Positions 26,901 through 35,964 of a stretch of DNA of 64,000 bases are shown here, in pieces (position 1 is the first letter of the stretch; each line of letters begins with the position of its first letter). The translations under genes and the position numbers were made by a program. This DNA comes from Nitriliruptoraceae bacterium (GTDB taxonomy: Bacteria; Actinomycetota; Nitriliruptoria; Nitriliruptorales; Nitriliruptoraceae), in assembly GCA_003563915.1 (NCBI GenBank), contig PWTE01000261.1, forward strand, positions 29,200-93,199. Reading direction: 5' to 3'. Under the pieces are notes generated by a model. The model was given only the letters and a program-made list of their open reading frames with translations. It did no database searches and had not been told where the DNA came from.

Positions 26901-27988
26901 AGGCTCGGCAGGTCCACGACGTCGTCGTCCTGCCCGGCGATCTGGACCGTGCGACCGAGTTCCCTGACCCGCTCGATCATCGTCTCCCCCGGCTCCAGCG
27001 CGTAGTGGCACGCCGCGAGGTGTCCCGGCGCTACCTCGCGGAGCGCGGGCACCTCCTCACGACACCGATCCTGGACGATGGGACACCGGGTATGGAACCG
27101 ACACCCGGACGGCGGGTTCGAGGGAGACGGGAGGTCTCCCTCGAGGATGATGCGCTCACGCTCGCGTTCGGCGCGGGGGTCAGCGACCGGGACCGCCGAC
27201 AGCAGGGCGTGGGTGTACGGATGCGCCGGCTCGTCGTAGAGCTGATCGCTGGTGGTCAGCTCTGCGACCTTCCCGAGGTACATGACCGCGACCCGGTCCG
27301 AGATGTGCCGCACCACGGACAGGTCGTGCGCGATGAACATGTAGGTCAGCCCGAACTCGTCCTGGAGATCCTCGAGGAGGTTGATCACCTGCGCCTGGAC
27401 GGACACGTCCAGGGCCGACACGGGCTCGTCGAGGATGATGACGTCGGGACTGAGTGCGAGGGCGCGGGCGATGCCGATGCGCTGGCGCTGTCCACCGGAG
27501 AACTCGTGGGGGTAGCGGTTGCCATGCTCAGGCGACAGTCCGACCGCGTCGAGCAACTCCCCCACCCGCTTGCGTGCCACCGACCGATCCTCGCCGTGGA
27601 TGATGAGTGGCTCCGCGATCGTGTCACGTACCGGCAGGCGCGGGTTCAGGGAGGCGTACGGATCCTGGAAGACCATCTGCAAGTGACGGCGCAGTTCGCG
27701 CAAGCGAGGTGCGCTGGCGGCGGTCACGTCCTCACCGCGGAACCGGACGGCGCCGGAGGTCGGTTCGACCAGGCGCAGCAGGCTGCGGCCGAGGGTCGTC
27801 TTGCCACACCCGGACTCCCCGACGACCCCCAGGGTCTCCATCTCGTCGACGGCAAGCGACACCCCGTCGAGAGCGTGCACGCTGCCGACCTGACGACGGA
27901 AGACACCAGCACGGATCGGGAAGTGCTTGACCAGGTCCTCGATCTCGAGGACGGCCTTGCTTCCGTTCGATGACGGCGTCCCCGTCAT
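26897..27988 (-). CDS. Oligopeptide/dipeptide ABC transporter ATP-binding protein (OppF/DppF type)
   Basis: Starts at M53 of ORF 26897..28144, with an ATGA overlap onto the upstream ATPase. GESGCGKTT Walker [16 protein letters not shown] signature, and a C-terminal oligopeptide-type extension (HPYT...CRF..RCP). Confidence 0.9.
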   Translation of the reverse strand: MTGTPSSNGSKAVLEIEDLVKHFPIRAGVFRRQVGSVHALDGVSLAVDEMETLGVVGESGCGKTTLGRSLLRLVEPTSGAVRFRGEDVTAASAPRLRELRRHLQMVFQDPYASLNPRLPVRDTIAEPLIIHGEDRSVARKRVGELLDAVGLSPEHGNRYPHEFSGGQRQRIGIARALALSPDVIILDEPVSALDVSVQAQVINLLEDLQDEFGLTYMFIAHDLSVVRHISDRVAVMYLGKVAELTTSDQLYDEPAHPYTHALLSAVPVADPRAERERERIILEGDLPSPSNPPSGCRFHTRCPIVQDRCREEVPALREVAPGHLAACHYALEPGETMIERVRELGRTVQIAGQDDDVVDLPSL

Positions 27989-29007
27989 GCGCTCCTCCCG
28001 AGTTCGTCCTGAGCCCCGAGTTCCGGGAGCTCCTCCGCGAAGTGGCACCGACTGAGGTGTCGGCCGGTCGCGTCGAGCGCGAGCAGGGGCGGTTCCTCGT
28101 AGCAGGCGTCCTCTGCATGCTGGCACCGTGGCCGGAAGACGCAACCGCGCGGTGGGTTGATGGCCGAGGGGGGAGCGCCCGGGATCGGCGACAGGCGATC
28201 GTCGGTGCGTGCGGCGGCTGTCGGGACCGAGGTCATCAGCCCCCGCGTGTAGGGGTTGCGTGACCGGTAGAAGATCGTGTCGGTGTCCGACATCTCGAAG
28301 ACCCGGCCCCCGTACATGACCTGGACACGGTCTGCGACGCCGGCGACCAGGCCGAGGTCGTGCGTGATCAGCATCATGGCCGCGCCGGTCGCCTCCTGTG
28401 CCGTACGCATCACCTCCAACACCTGGGCCTGGATCGTGACGTCCAGGGCCGTCGTCGGCTCGTCGGCGATCAGCAGCTTGGGTTCGTTGGCGATCGCCAG
28501 GGCGATCATCGCGCGTTGGCGCATCCCTCCAGAGAACTCGTGGGGGTAGTTGTCGACCCGCTGACGCGGTTCCGGGATCCCGACGAGCGCCAACAGTTCG
28601 ATCGTGCGCTCGCGAGCCGCCTGCTTGGAGATCTGGGGATGGTGGATCCGGATGCCCTCGATGATCTGGTTGCCGACCGTGAAGACCGGGTTCAAGGCGG
28701 TCATCGGGTCCTGGAAGATCATCGCGATCTCGTTGCCCTGGAGCTTGCGCATGGCACGGGTCGAGAGCTTCAGCAGGTCGGTGCCCTCGAACTCGACGCT
28801 GCCCTCGATCTGGGTGTAGCTCGGGAGCAGGCCCATGACCGCCATCGCCGAGACCGACTTGCCCGAACCCGACTCGCCGACGACGGCGAGGGTCTCGCCG
28901 GGGAACATCTGGAGGTCCACACCGTTGACCGCACGGACCAGTCCGTCATCGGTCTTGAAGGACACCGTGAGATCGCGGATGTCGAGCAACGGGGTCGTCG
29001 ACGTCAC
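27985..29007 (-). CDS. Oligopeptide/dipeptide ABC transporter ATP-binding protein (OppD/DppD type)
   Basis: GTG 29007 (V148 of ORF 27985..29448) lies directly after the permease stop. [23 protein letters not shown], and C-terminal NPYT...GCVFRPRC. Confidence 0.9.
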   Translation of the reverse strand: MTSTTPLLDIRDLTVSFKTDDGLVRAVNGVDLQMFPGETLAVVGESGSGKSVSAMAVMGLLPSYTQIEGSVEFEGTDLLKLSTRAMRKLQGNEIAMIFQDPMTALNPVFTVGNQIIEGIRIHHPQISKQAARERTIELLALVGIPEPRQRVDNYPHEFSGGMRQRAMIALAIANEPKLLIADEPTTALDVTIQAQVLEVMRTAQEATGAAMMLITHDLGLVAGVADRVQVMYGGRVFEMSDTDTIFYRSRNPYTRGLMTSVPTAAARTDDRLSPIPGAPPSAINPPRGCVFRPRCQHAEDACYEEPPLLALDATGRHLSRCHFAEELPELGAQDELGRSA

Positions 29008-29009
29008 GA

Positions 29010-29999
29010 TCAGCCCTTCCGCGCGGTCGGGTCGAGAGCATCGCGCAGCCCGTCCCCCAGGAAGTTCACACACAGGGTGATCGCGACGATGAACCCACCG
29101 GGGATCAGCACCGCGGACGGCTTGGTGTCGATCTGGCCCTTGGCCTTCTCGATGAGGTTCCCGAGGGTCGGCACCGGGTCCTGCACGCCGACGCTGAGGA
29201 ACGACAGCGTGGACTCGAGGATGATCGCCACGCCGACCAGCAGGGTGGCGTTGACCACGATCGGCCCGAAGGTGTTCGGCAGGATGTGCCGGAACATGAT
29301 GCGTGGCGCCCTGGCACCAGCCGCTCTCGCCGCGAGCACGAACTCCTGCTCCTTGTACTGGAGGAACAGCCCACGCACGATCCTGGCGATCGCGGGCCAC
29401 AGGAGGAACCCGAGCAGCAGCGCGATCCCGTTCGGGGTCGCACCCCAACGAACGCCGACGACGAGCAGGATCACCAGGGCTGGCACGATCAGGAACAGGT
29501 TGATCAACTTGTTCAGCAGCGCGTCGATCGTCCCACCGAAGTAGCCGGCGATGGCCCCGACGATCGTGCCGATCACGGTCGTGAGGATCGCGACGAACAG
29601 CGCGATGCGGAGGGAGAAGCGGCCCCCTTGGAACGTCCGGACCATGATGTCGCGCCCGATGGTGTCGGTGCCGAACGGATGAGCCAGGCTAGGCCCCTGG
29701 TTGAGCGCGGTGAAGTCCTGTTCCGAGAAGCCGTACGGGGATAGCCAGGGCCCGACGACGAAGGCCAGCGTGAGCAGGAACAGCACCACCGCAGCGATCA
29801 AGGCGATGCGGTGCCGGCGGAAGCGGTCCCACGTCTGCCGACCGAAGCTGCGCGAGACGGCCTCGATGCCCTCGAGCTCATCGATGACGTGCTCGGGGTC
29901 GAGGTGCTCGGTCTCCGGCACCTCGCCACCGACCGTTGAGCTTCGGCCCTCGTAACCGGGCGGGCGCTCCTCGGGATGCGTGACCTCGCGATCAGTCAT
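29010..29999 (-). CDS. Peptide ABC transporter permease (OppC/DppC type)
   Basis: 329 aa and polytopic. AARAAGA...I...HILPN is the EAA-loop region typical of OppC. Confidence 0.88.
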   Translation of the reverse strand: MTDREVTHPEERPPGYEGRSSTVGGEVPETEHLDPEHVIDELEGIEAVSRSFGRQTWDRFRRHRIALIAAVVLFLLTLAFVVGPWLSPYGFSEQDFTALNQGPSLAHPFGTDTIGRDIMVRTFQGGRFSLRIALFVAILTTVIGTIVGAIAGYFGGTIDALLNKLINLFLIVPALVILLVVGVRWGATPNGIALLLGFLLWPAIARIVRGLFLQYKEQEFVLAARAAGARAPRIMFRHILPNTFGPIVVNATLLVGVAIILESTLSFLSVGVQDPVPTLGNLIEKAKGQIDTKPSAVLIPGGFIVAITLCVNFLGDGLRDALDPTARKG

Positions 30000-30957
30000 A
30001 GCGGATCCTCGGGTCGAGTACGCCGTAGAGCAGATCGGCGATCAGGTTGAAGACCACGACGAGCGCGGCGATGAACACCACGACCCCCATCGTGAGGTTC
30101 AGGTCCTGCTGGAAGATCCCAGCCAGGAGCAGGCGTCCGAGCCCCGGCCAGGCGAAGATGGTCTCGGTGACGACGGCCCCGCCGAGCAGCAGCGCGAAGT
30201 CGATGGCCCAGATCGTCACGAGGGGGATCAGGGCGTTGCGCAACCCGTGCTTCAGGATCACCGTCCGCCGCGGCAGACCCTTGGCGCGTGCCGTACGGAT
30301 GTAGTCGGAGTTGATGACCTCGAGCATGGCGGCGCGTTGGAACCTCGACTCCGAGGCCGTGATCACCAGCCACAGGGTGATGATCGGTAACACGTGCGCA
30401 CGGACCATGTCGAGCCAGCCGTGCTGGGCCACCGTCCGCATGCCCTGGACGAAGAAGGGTCTGGCTCCGAACCAGTCGAACCACCAGATCCCGAAGATGA
30501 CCTGCAGGAGCAGGCCGAAGACGAAGGTGGGGAGCGAGATCCCCAGGAACGAGAAGCCCGTGACGAAGTAGTCGAGCTTCGAGTACTGCTTGACGGCGGA
30601 GTACACCCCTAACGTCACCGCGGTGATGGCGATGATGAAGAACGCGGGGATCGCGAGGCGGGCGGTGTTGAGTGCCCGACCCAGGACCAGGTCGAAGGTC
30701 TGCTGCCCCCCCTGCGAGGGCGAAGGCCCCATGTCCCCCTGCACGGCGCTCGTGAGCCAACTGACGTAGCGCTGCGGGATGGGCTGGTCGAGGTTGTACA
30801 GGTCGATCAGGCGGTCGTACGCGGCCTGGTCGACATCGAGCTGTGCGAGCCGTGCGAGCGGATCCCCCGAGATCGCGGTGAGGGTGAAGACCAGGAACGT
30901 CCCGATGAGGAGCAACGGGATGGTGGTGAGCACCCGCCGGACGACGTAGGCGAACAC
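29992..30957 (-). CDS. Peptide ABC transporter permease (OppB/DppB type)
   Basis: 321 aa. Starts MFAYVVRRVL... and carries DYIRTARAKGL (EAA loop). 8-nt overlap with the next permease. Confidence 0.88.
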   Translation of the reverse strand: MFAYVVRRVLTTIPLLLIGTFLVFTLTAISGDPLARLAQLDVDQAAYDRLIDLYNLDQPIPQRYVSWLTSAVQGDMGPSPSQGGQQTFDLVLGRALNTARLAIPAFFIIAITAVTLGVYSAVKQYSKLDYFVTGFSFLGISLPTFVFGLLLQVIFGIWWFDWFGARPFFVQGMRTVAQHGWLDMVRAHVLPIITLWLVITASESRFQRAAMLEVINSDYIRTARAKGLPRRTVILKHGLRNALIPLVTIWAIDFALLLGGAVVTETIFAWPGLGRLLLAGIFQQDLNLTMGVVVFIAALVVVFNLIADLLYGVLDPRIRYD

Positions 30958-31091
30958 GCGGACTCCCCTCGCACTGGGCCAGCGCCGGAGGCTAGCGAAC
31001 GAGCCCGAACCAGGACCCGAAACCCGTGAGAACGTGCGGTGGGGGTCCGCAGGAGCGGACCCCCACCGTGGTCATGAGTCTGCCTCGCCGG

Positions 31092-32972
31092 TCAGCTGGC
31101 CGGGAGGTAGTCCACGACGTGGACGATCGGACCCGCCGCGTTCGCGTCCGGAGCAACCGCGCCCTCGAGCAGGCGCACGTTACTGAAGGCGAAGAACGAC
31201 GGCTTCTGCGTGATCGGGAGAACGACCAGCCCGTCCGGGTCGATGTTGCGGGTGGTGACGTACTGGCTCAGCTCGTTGTAGCAAGCTGCGCGCTCGTCAG
31301 GATCCACCGTGGCATCGCACTCGTCGGCCTTGGCGTCGAACTCCGGGTTGGCGTAGCCGTACGGGTTGTTCCCCGAACCGCTCAGGAAGGCGTTGTGCCC
31401 GGCGCCCGGCCACGGGCCACCGACCCACGCGAACTGGGTCAGGTCCCAGATCGTGCAGTCACCTTCCTCGCCGCCGCTGGTCGCACACGCGATGGCCTCC
31501 GGAGAGAACGGACGCTCACCGAAGTAGGCGGCACCCGGCACGTTGTCGATCTCGATGTCGACACCCTGCTCACGCAGCTGTTCCTGCATGATCTGGATCT
31601 GGAGCTCACGCAGCTGGTTACCACCGGTGGTCCCGACGCGCAGCGTCAGGGGACCGTTGTCCGGGTGCTCCCAGACACCGTCACCGTTCAGCGAGTAGCC
31701 GGCTGCCTCGAAGCTGGCAGCGGCAGCATCGCTGTCACCGACGCCGTACCCGGCCTCGGCCTGGTGGTCCTCGTAGGCGGGCTGGTTGGACATCCAGTAG
31801 ACGTTGCCCAGACCGACGTCCGGCAGCAGATCACCGAAGAGCGGCGTGTACAGCGCCTGCATGACCGGCCGCTTGTCGAGCGCGAAGGCCAGGCCCTCAC
31901 GCACGTCCGGGTCGGACAGGTGGACGTTGTTCGTGTTCAGCCCCCAGTGCTCCCAGACCGGACCGGCCTCGGACGCGACCGTGAAGTTGTCGTCGGTGGC
32001 GATGCGCTCACCGAAGGCAACCTGCGGCTGGGTCATGATCAGATCGGCCTCGCCGGCCAGCAGCGCGTTGATCTGCGCGTCCGTGTCGGCGACGAAGTTG
32101 ATCTGCACGCCGCTGGTGCACGCGGCACCAGGGTTGCGGACGTCGAAGTTGGCCTCGTTGGCACCGTGGTAGTCGTCGTTGCGCGTGAGCGTCATCGACA
32201 CACCGCGGTCCCAGTTCTCGAAGATCATCGGACCGGACGACGGCAGGATCTCACCATCGAGCTCCCAGTTCGGGAAGGCCTCGTTAGCCGTGTCGGCGTC
32301 GGTCAGGATGTGGGTCGGGAAGACCGGGTCGAACCATCCCTGGTAGCCGGAGAAGAACTCCTGCGTCGAGAAGGAGTAGGTCTGGCCGTCGACCTCCCAG
32401 CTGTCCGGGTCGATCAGCGTGTACCCGGCGGCCGCACGCGAACCGAACAGGTACGTGCCGCCCTCGCCGGTCTCGAAGTCGAAGCCCTCCATGATGATCT
32501 CGTAGGTGCCCTGGACGTCAGCTGCCGTGATCGGCGTGCCGTCGGACCACACAACGTCATCACGCAGGGTGAAGGTGTACTGCCAGGAACCGTCGTCGTT
32601 CTCCGAGACGTCCTCGGACTCCACGAGTTCCGGGATGAAGGTCGTCTCGGACGACACCCCGTACGGGCCCTCGAGCATGGCCTGACGGATCCAGGAGGCG
32701 ATCGACAGGTTGTTGTTCGGGTCGTCCAGGTGCAGGTCCGGCGGCTCCTGCTCGTGCGCCCACACGATCGGGGTCTCGCCACCGGGTTCGCAGTAGTCGT
32801 CGGCACGAGGCTCGTCGTCGGCCGGGTCGTCATCACCGGGGTCCGCGACGTCCTCGGTCTCCTCAGCGTCGTCGACAGGGTCCTCCGCCCCATCGCCACA
32901 GGCGGTCGCGATGAGTGCGAGCGCCCCGATGGCGGCCATCAGCCGCCACGCATACCTCTTGTCCTTCGCCAC
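31092..32972 (-). CDS. Peptide ABC transporter substrate-binding lipoprotein (family 5, OppA-like)
   Basis: GGAAGGAAG SD precedes GTG 32972. Lipoprotein signal LMAAIGALALIATAC. It heads the five-gene opp-type operon. Confidence 0.85.
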   Translation of the reverse strand: MAKDKRYAWRLMAAIGALALIATACGDGAEDPVDDAEETEDVADPGDDDPADDEPRADDYCEPGGETPIVWAHEQEPPDLHLDDPNNNLSIASWIRQAMLEGPYGVSSETTFIPELVESEDVSENDDGSWQYTFTLRDDVVWSDGTPITAADVQGTYEIIMEGFDFETGEGGTYLFGSRAAAGYTLIDPDSWEVDGQTYSFSTQEFFSGYQGWFDPVFPTHILTDADTANEAFPNWELDGEILPSSGPMIFENWDRGVSMTLTRNDDYHGANEANFDVRNPGAACTSGVQINFVADTDAQINALLAGEADLIMTQPQVAFGERIATDDNFTVASEAGPVWEHWGLNTNNVHLSDPDVREGLAFALDKRPVMQALYTPLFGDLLPDVGLGNVYWMSNQPAYEDHQAEAGYGVGDSDAAAASFEAAGYSLNGDGVWEHPDNGPLTLRVGTTGGNQLRELQIQIMQEQLREQGVDIEIDNVPGAAYFGERPFSPEAIACATSGGEEGDCTIWDLTQFAWVGGPWPGAGHNAFLSGSGNNPYGYANPEFDAKADECDATVDPDERAACYNELSQYVTTRNIDPDGLVVLPITQKPSFFAFSNVRLLEGAVAPDANAAGPIVHVVDYLPAS

Positions 32973-33279
32973 CGTGCTTCCTTCCATCGATCGGTGGGGA
33001 GCGCCCCATGCGCACGCCGGATCACAGCGTTCTGCACGAAGATCCACTCCGGGGATACCTCGAAACTACTACCAAGGTCGTTGGAACGGCGAACACCTTA
33101 GGCGCTACGCGCAGTCAGCGCACCGACCATGTCCTTCCACGGTCACGACGACCTCCCATGCCGCCGAACCAGCCTCGCGGCCTCCCTGAGGCTCGGCCGC
33201 GTGGAGGGTAACGCACCCGGCGCGCACAGCTCAGCAGGCTGCGCGGACAGCGGACCCTGGACGTGCGACCGCGGCTTGG

Positions 33280-33360
33280 TCAGCGGCGGTGGCCGACCTT
33301 TCAGCGGCGGTGGCCGACCTTTCAGCGGCGGTGGCCGACCTTTCAGCGGCGGTGGCCGAC
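33280..33360 (-). repeat. 21-bp tandem repeat: 3 perfect copies plus an 18-bp copy that forms the 3' end of tpiA
   Basis: tcagcggcggtggccgacctt at 33280-33300, 33301-33321 and 33322-33342, plus tcagcggcggtggccgac at 33343-33360. The last copy encodes ...GHRR-TGA of tpiA. Confidence 0.95.
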
Positions 33361-34116
33361 GATCAGCGCGAAATCCTCGCTCGACAGGCTCGCGCCACCC
33401 ACGAGTGCCCCATCGATGTCCGGTTGGCCCATCAGTTGGCGGACGTTGCCGGGCTTCACGCTGCCGCCGTACTGGATCCGGATCGCCTCGGCGGTGGAGG
33501 CGTCGTAGATGCCCGCCAGCTCCGTCCGTATCGCCGCGCACATCTCCTGCGCATCCTCCGGCGTGGCCGTGAGCCCGGTCCCGATCGCCCAGACCGGTTC
33601 GTAGGCGATCACCAGTGCGTCGGGGTCGTCGGCGGAGACTCCCTGCAAGCTGCCACGGAGCTGGTCGACGACGACGTCGAGCGCCTTCCCGGCCTCTCGC
33701 TCCTCCTTGACCTCACCGACGCACACGATCGGACGCAGATCGTGCTTCTGGACCGCACGGGCCTTGGTGGCGATGAGCTCGTCGGTCTCGGCGAACAGCG
33801 CCCGACGCTCCGAGGGGCCGCAGATGACGTACCGCACGTCGAGACGCGCCAGCATCGGGACCGAGATCTCACCGGTGAAGGCCCCCTCGTCCTCGGGGTG
33901 ACAGTTCTGGGCACCCAGGGAGATCGGCAGCTTGTCGGACTGGATCAGCGTCTGGATGGACCGCAGCGCGACGAACGGCGGACAGACGACGATCTCCTGG
34001 CCCTCGTAATCCTCCTCCTGGAGGTGGTACGCCAGCTTCTGGACGAGCTGGATCGCCTCGAGGTGATCGCGGTGCATCTTCCAGTTACCCGCGATGATCG
34101 GGGTGCGGTCGCTCAC
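33343..34116 (-). CDS. tpiA: Triosephosphate isomerase
   Basis: GAGGAG SD precedes GTG 34116 (V17 of ORF 33343..34164). IIAGNWKMH, AYEPVWAIGTG and ILYGGSV-like (IQYGGSV) motifs. Confidence 0.92.
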   Translation of the reverse strand: MSDRTPIIAGNWKMHRDHLEAIQLVQKLAYHLQEEDYEGQEIVVCPPFVALRSIQTLIQSDKLPISLGAQNCHPEDEGAFTGEISVPMLARLDVRYVICGPSERRALFAETDELIATKARAVQKHDLRPIVCVGEVKEEREAGKALDVVVDQLRGSLQGVSADDPDALVIAYEPVWAIGTGLTATPEDAQEMCAAIRTELAGIYDASTAEAIRIQYGGSVKPGNVRQLMGQPDIDGALVGGASLSSEDFALIVGHRR

Positions 34117-34176
34117 AGCTGCTCCTCGCCGGTCGTGTGACGTGAGCGTAGTCGCGTGGCGCACGCCCGCCCGACC

Positions 34177-35964
34177 TCAGCGCGCCGTGTTGGCGACCCA
34201 CTCGGCGTGGAGGCGCGCATACGGTCCCTCCGCGGCCACCAGCAGGTGGTGAGGACCGCGCTGGACGAGGCGGCCAGCAGCGAAGACGAGCACCTCGTCA
34301 GCGGCTTCAGCGGTCGCGAGGCGGTGAGCGACCGTCAGGCTGGTCCGACCCGCCGTGAGCCGCTCGATCGCGCGACGCAGGGCGACCTCGAGCGCCGGAT
34401 CGACCGCGGAGGTCGCCTCATCCAGGACGAGCAGGTCGGGACGTCGCAGCCAGGCCCGAGCCAACGCGACCAGCTGTCGCTCCCCCGCTGACAGCCGCGA
34501 CCCTCGTTCCCCGACCGAGGTGTCGAGCCCGGCGAGCAGCCCCGCCACCCAGCCGTCGAGTCCGAGGTCGGCAATGGCCGCTGCCACCTCCTCGTCGGTG
34601 GCCTCGGGACGGCCCAATCGGAGGTTCTCGCGGACCGTCGTGTCCCAGAGGAACCCGTCCTGCGGGACGAAGGCGACCCGTCGACGCAGCTCGTCGAACG
34701 CGACGTCCCTCAGGGGCACGCCGCCGAGCAGGATCTGGCCCTCGGCAGGGTCGAGGAGGCGCGTGACGAGCTTGACGAAGGTCGACTTGCCGGAGCCCGT
34801 CTCGCCGACGACGGCGTAGCGCAGCCCGGCGCGTAGCTCGACGTCCAGCTCGGCGAGCACATCCGCTCCGGTCGGGTAGCGGAAGCGCACGCCCTGCAGC
34901 GACACCCCGAGTGGCCCGCCTGGAAGGGCGTGCCCCTCGGGGCCCGGGTCCTCCAGCTCCGCTGGCGCCTCCACGACCTCGAGGACACGACGCACCCCGG
35001 ACGCCGCGGTCTGCGCCTCGTTCAACACCTCCACCAGGAGCTGCACCGGGTCGGTGATCAACGCGACGAGGAAGAGGAAGGCGACCAGCTGTCCCGCGGT
35101 CAGCCCCGGCACCGCCAGGATGCCCAGAGCCACGACACCGGAGGTCAGGGCGGCGGCGAACAGCTCCGCGGTCGAGAACATGGTCGCACCGAGCAGGGCC
35201 GTACGGACCTCGGCCCGGTACTGATCCTCGAGCGCCGCATCGACACGTCGCAGGGTCCGCGCCTCCGCCCCGTAAGCACGGATCGTCGGGAGGCCGCTGA
35301 TCGCCTCACCCATCGCCGCCAGCGATCGTGCCACCCGGGCCCGCACCCGATCGTAGGCGCGTCGCAGCACCCGCTGGAACAGGACCAGCAGGCCCCCGTA
35401 GACCACCGCGGCCACCAGGACCGACCCGGCCAGGACCACGTCGTACACGGCCATCACGACCAGCACGAGCGCGATCTGCGCACTGCCGACCACCATCCCG
35501 ATGCCGCCCCACTCGAGGAACTGGATGATGGATTCGATGTCGGAGGTGACCCGCGCGACCAACGAGCCACGTCGCTCGGCCTCGACGTGGAGCACGGAGC
35601 GACGATGGAGCCGGTCGAAGGCCGCGACGCGCAGTTCCGCGAGCCCCTCGGACGCGGCGCGGATCAACCGGAACAACGCGATCCGGTTGGCGACGAGGGC
35701 GACGACCAGCCCGCCGACCGCCACGGTGCCGCCGAGCAGGATGCGGGAGGTCTCCGCCGGTCCCGGCCCCACCAGCACCCGGTCGAGCAGCAGCTGCACA
35801 CTGATCGGGACGACGACCTGTCCGCCGGTGCCGAGCAGGGCCAACACCATCGTCACGCCGAGCCCCCGCCGCAGACTCGGCGCGTACCGCGCCGCAGCGA
35901 CGAGCGACCCCACCGCGGACCGGGTCGGAGCAACGTCGGTGGCGGACGTGGTCGCTCCGCTCAT
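34177..35964 (-). CDS. ABC exporter, fused TMD-NBD half transporter (second of pair)
   Basis: ATG 35964 overlaps the upstream stop as ATGA. Six-helix TMD, GETGSGKST Walker A, LSAGERQLVALARA signature, LVLDEATSAVD Walker B. Confidence 0.85.
   Translation of the reverse strand: MSGATTSATDVAPTRSAVGSLVAAARYAPSLRRGLGVTMVLALLGTGGQVVVPISVQLLLDRVLVGPGPAETSRILLGGTVAVGGLVVALVANRIALFRLIRAASEGLAELRVAAFDRLHRRSVLHVEAERRGSLVARVTSDIESIIQFLEWGGIGMVVGSAQIALVLVVMAVYDVVLAGSVLVAAVVYGGLLVLFQRVLRRAYDRVRARVARSLAAMGEAISGLPTIRAYGAEARTLRRVDAALEDQYRAEVRTALLGATMFSTAELFAAALTSGVVALGILAVPGLTAGQLVAFLFLVALITDPVQLLVEVLNEAQTAASGVRRVLEVVEAPAELEDPGPEGHALPGGPLGVSLQGVRFRYPTGADVLAELDVELRAGLRYAVVGETGSGKSTFVKLVTRLLDPAEGQILLGGVPLRDVAFDELRRRVAFVPQDGFLWDTTVRENLRLGRPEATDEEVAAAIADLGLDGWVAGLLAGLDTSVGERGSRLSAGERQLVALARAWLRRPDLLVLDEATSAVDPALEVALRRAIERLTAGRTSLTVAHRLATAEAADEVLVFAAGRLVQRGPHHLLVAAEGPYARLHAEWVANTAR

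Noticed and set aside
31026-33101. 691-aa plus-strand ORF
   Set aside because: It is antisense to the OppA-like SBP gene, which has a lipoprotein signal, an SD and family-5 motifs. It is a high-GC shadow ORF.
33280-33345. Programmed UGA read-through or selenocysteine decoding at the four in-frame TGA codons after tpiA
   Set aside because: I could see no SECIS-like hairpin immediately 3' of the TGA, and no sel genes are in the window. Read-through would only add KVGHRR heptads. It is kept as a remote possibility inside the repeat finding, not as a claim.
33280-33360. Whether the short tandem arrays (also at 3937-4008, 37903-37986 and 56651-56750) are CRISPR arrays
   Set aside because: The repeats are strictly head-to-tail with no spacers, the units are only 20-25 bp, and there are 3-5 copies. 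No cas genes are present in the window.
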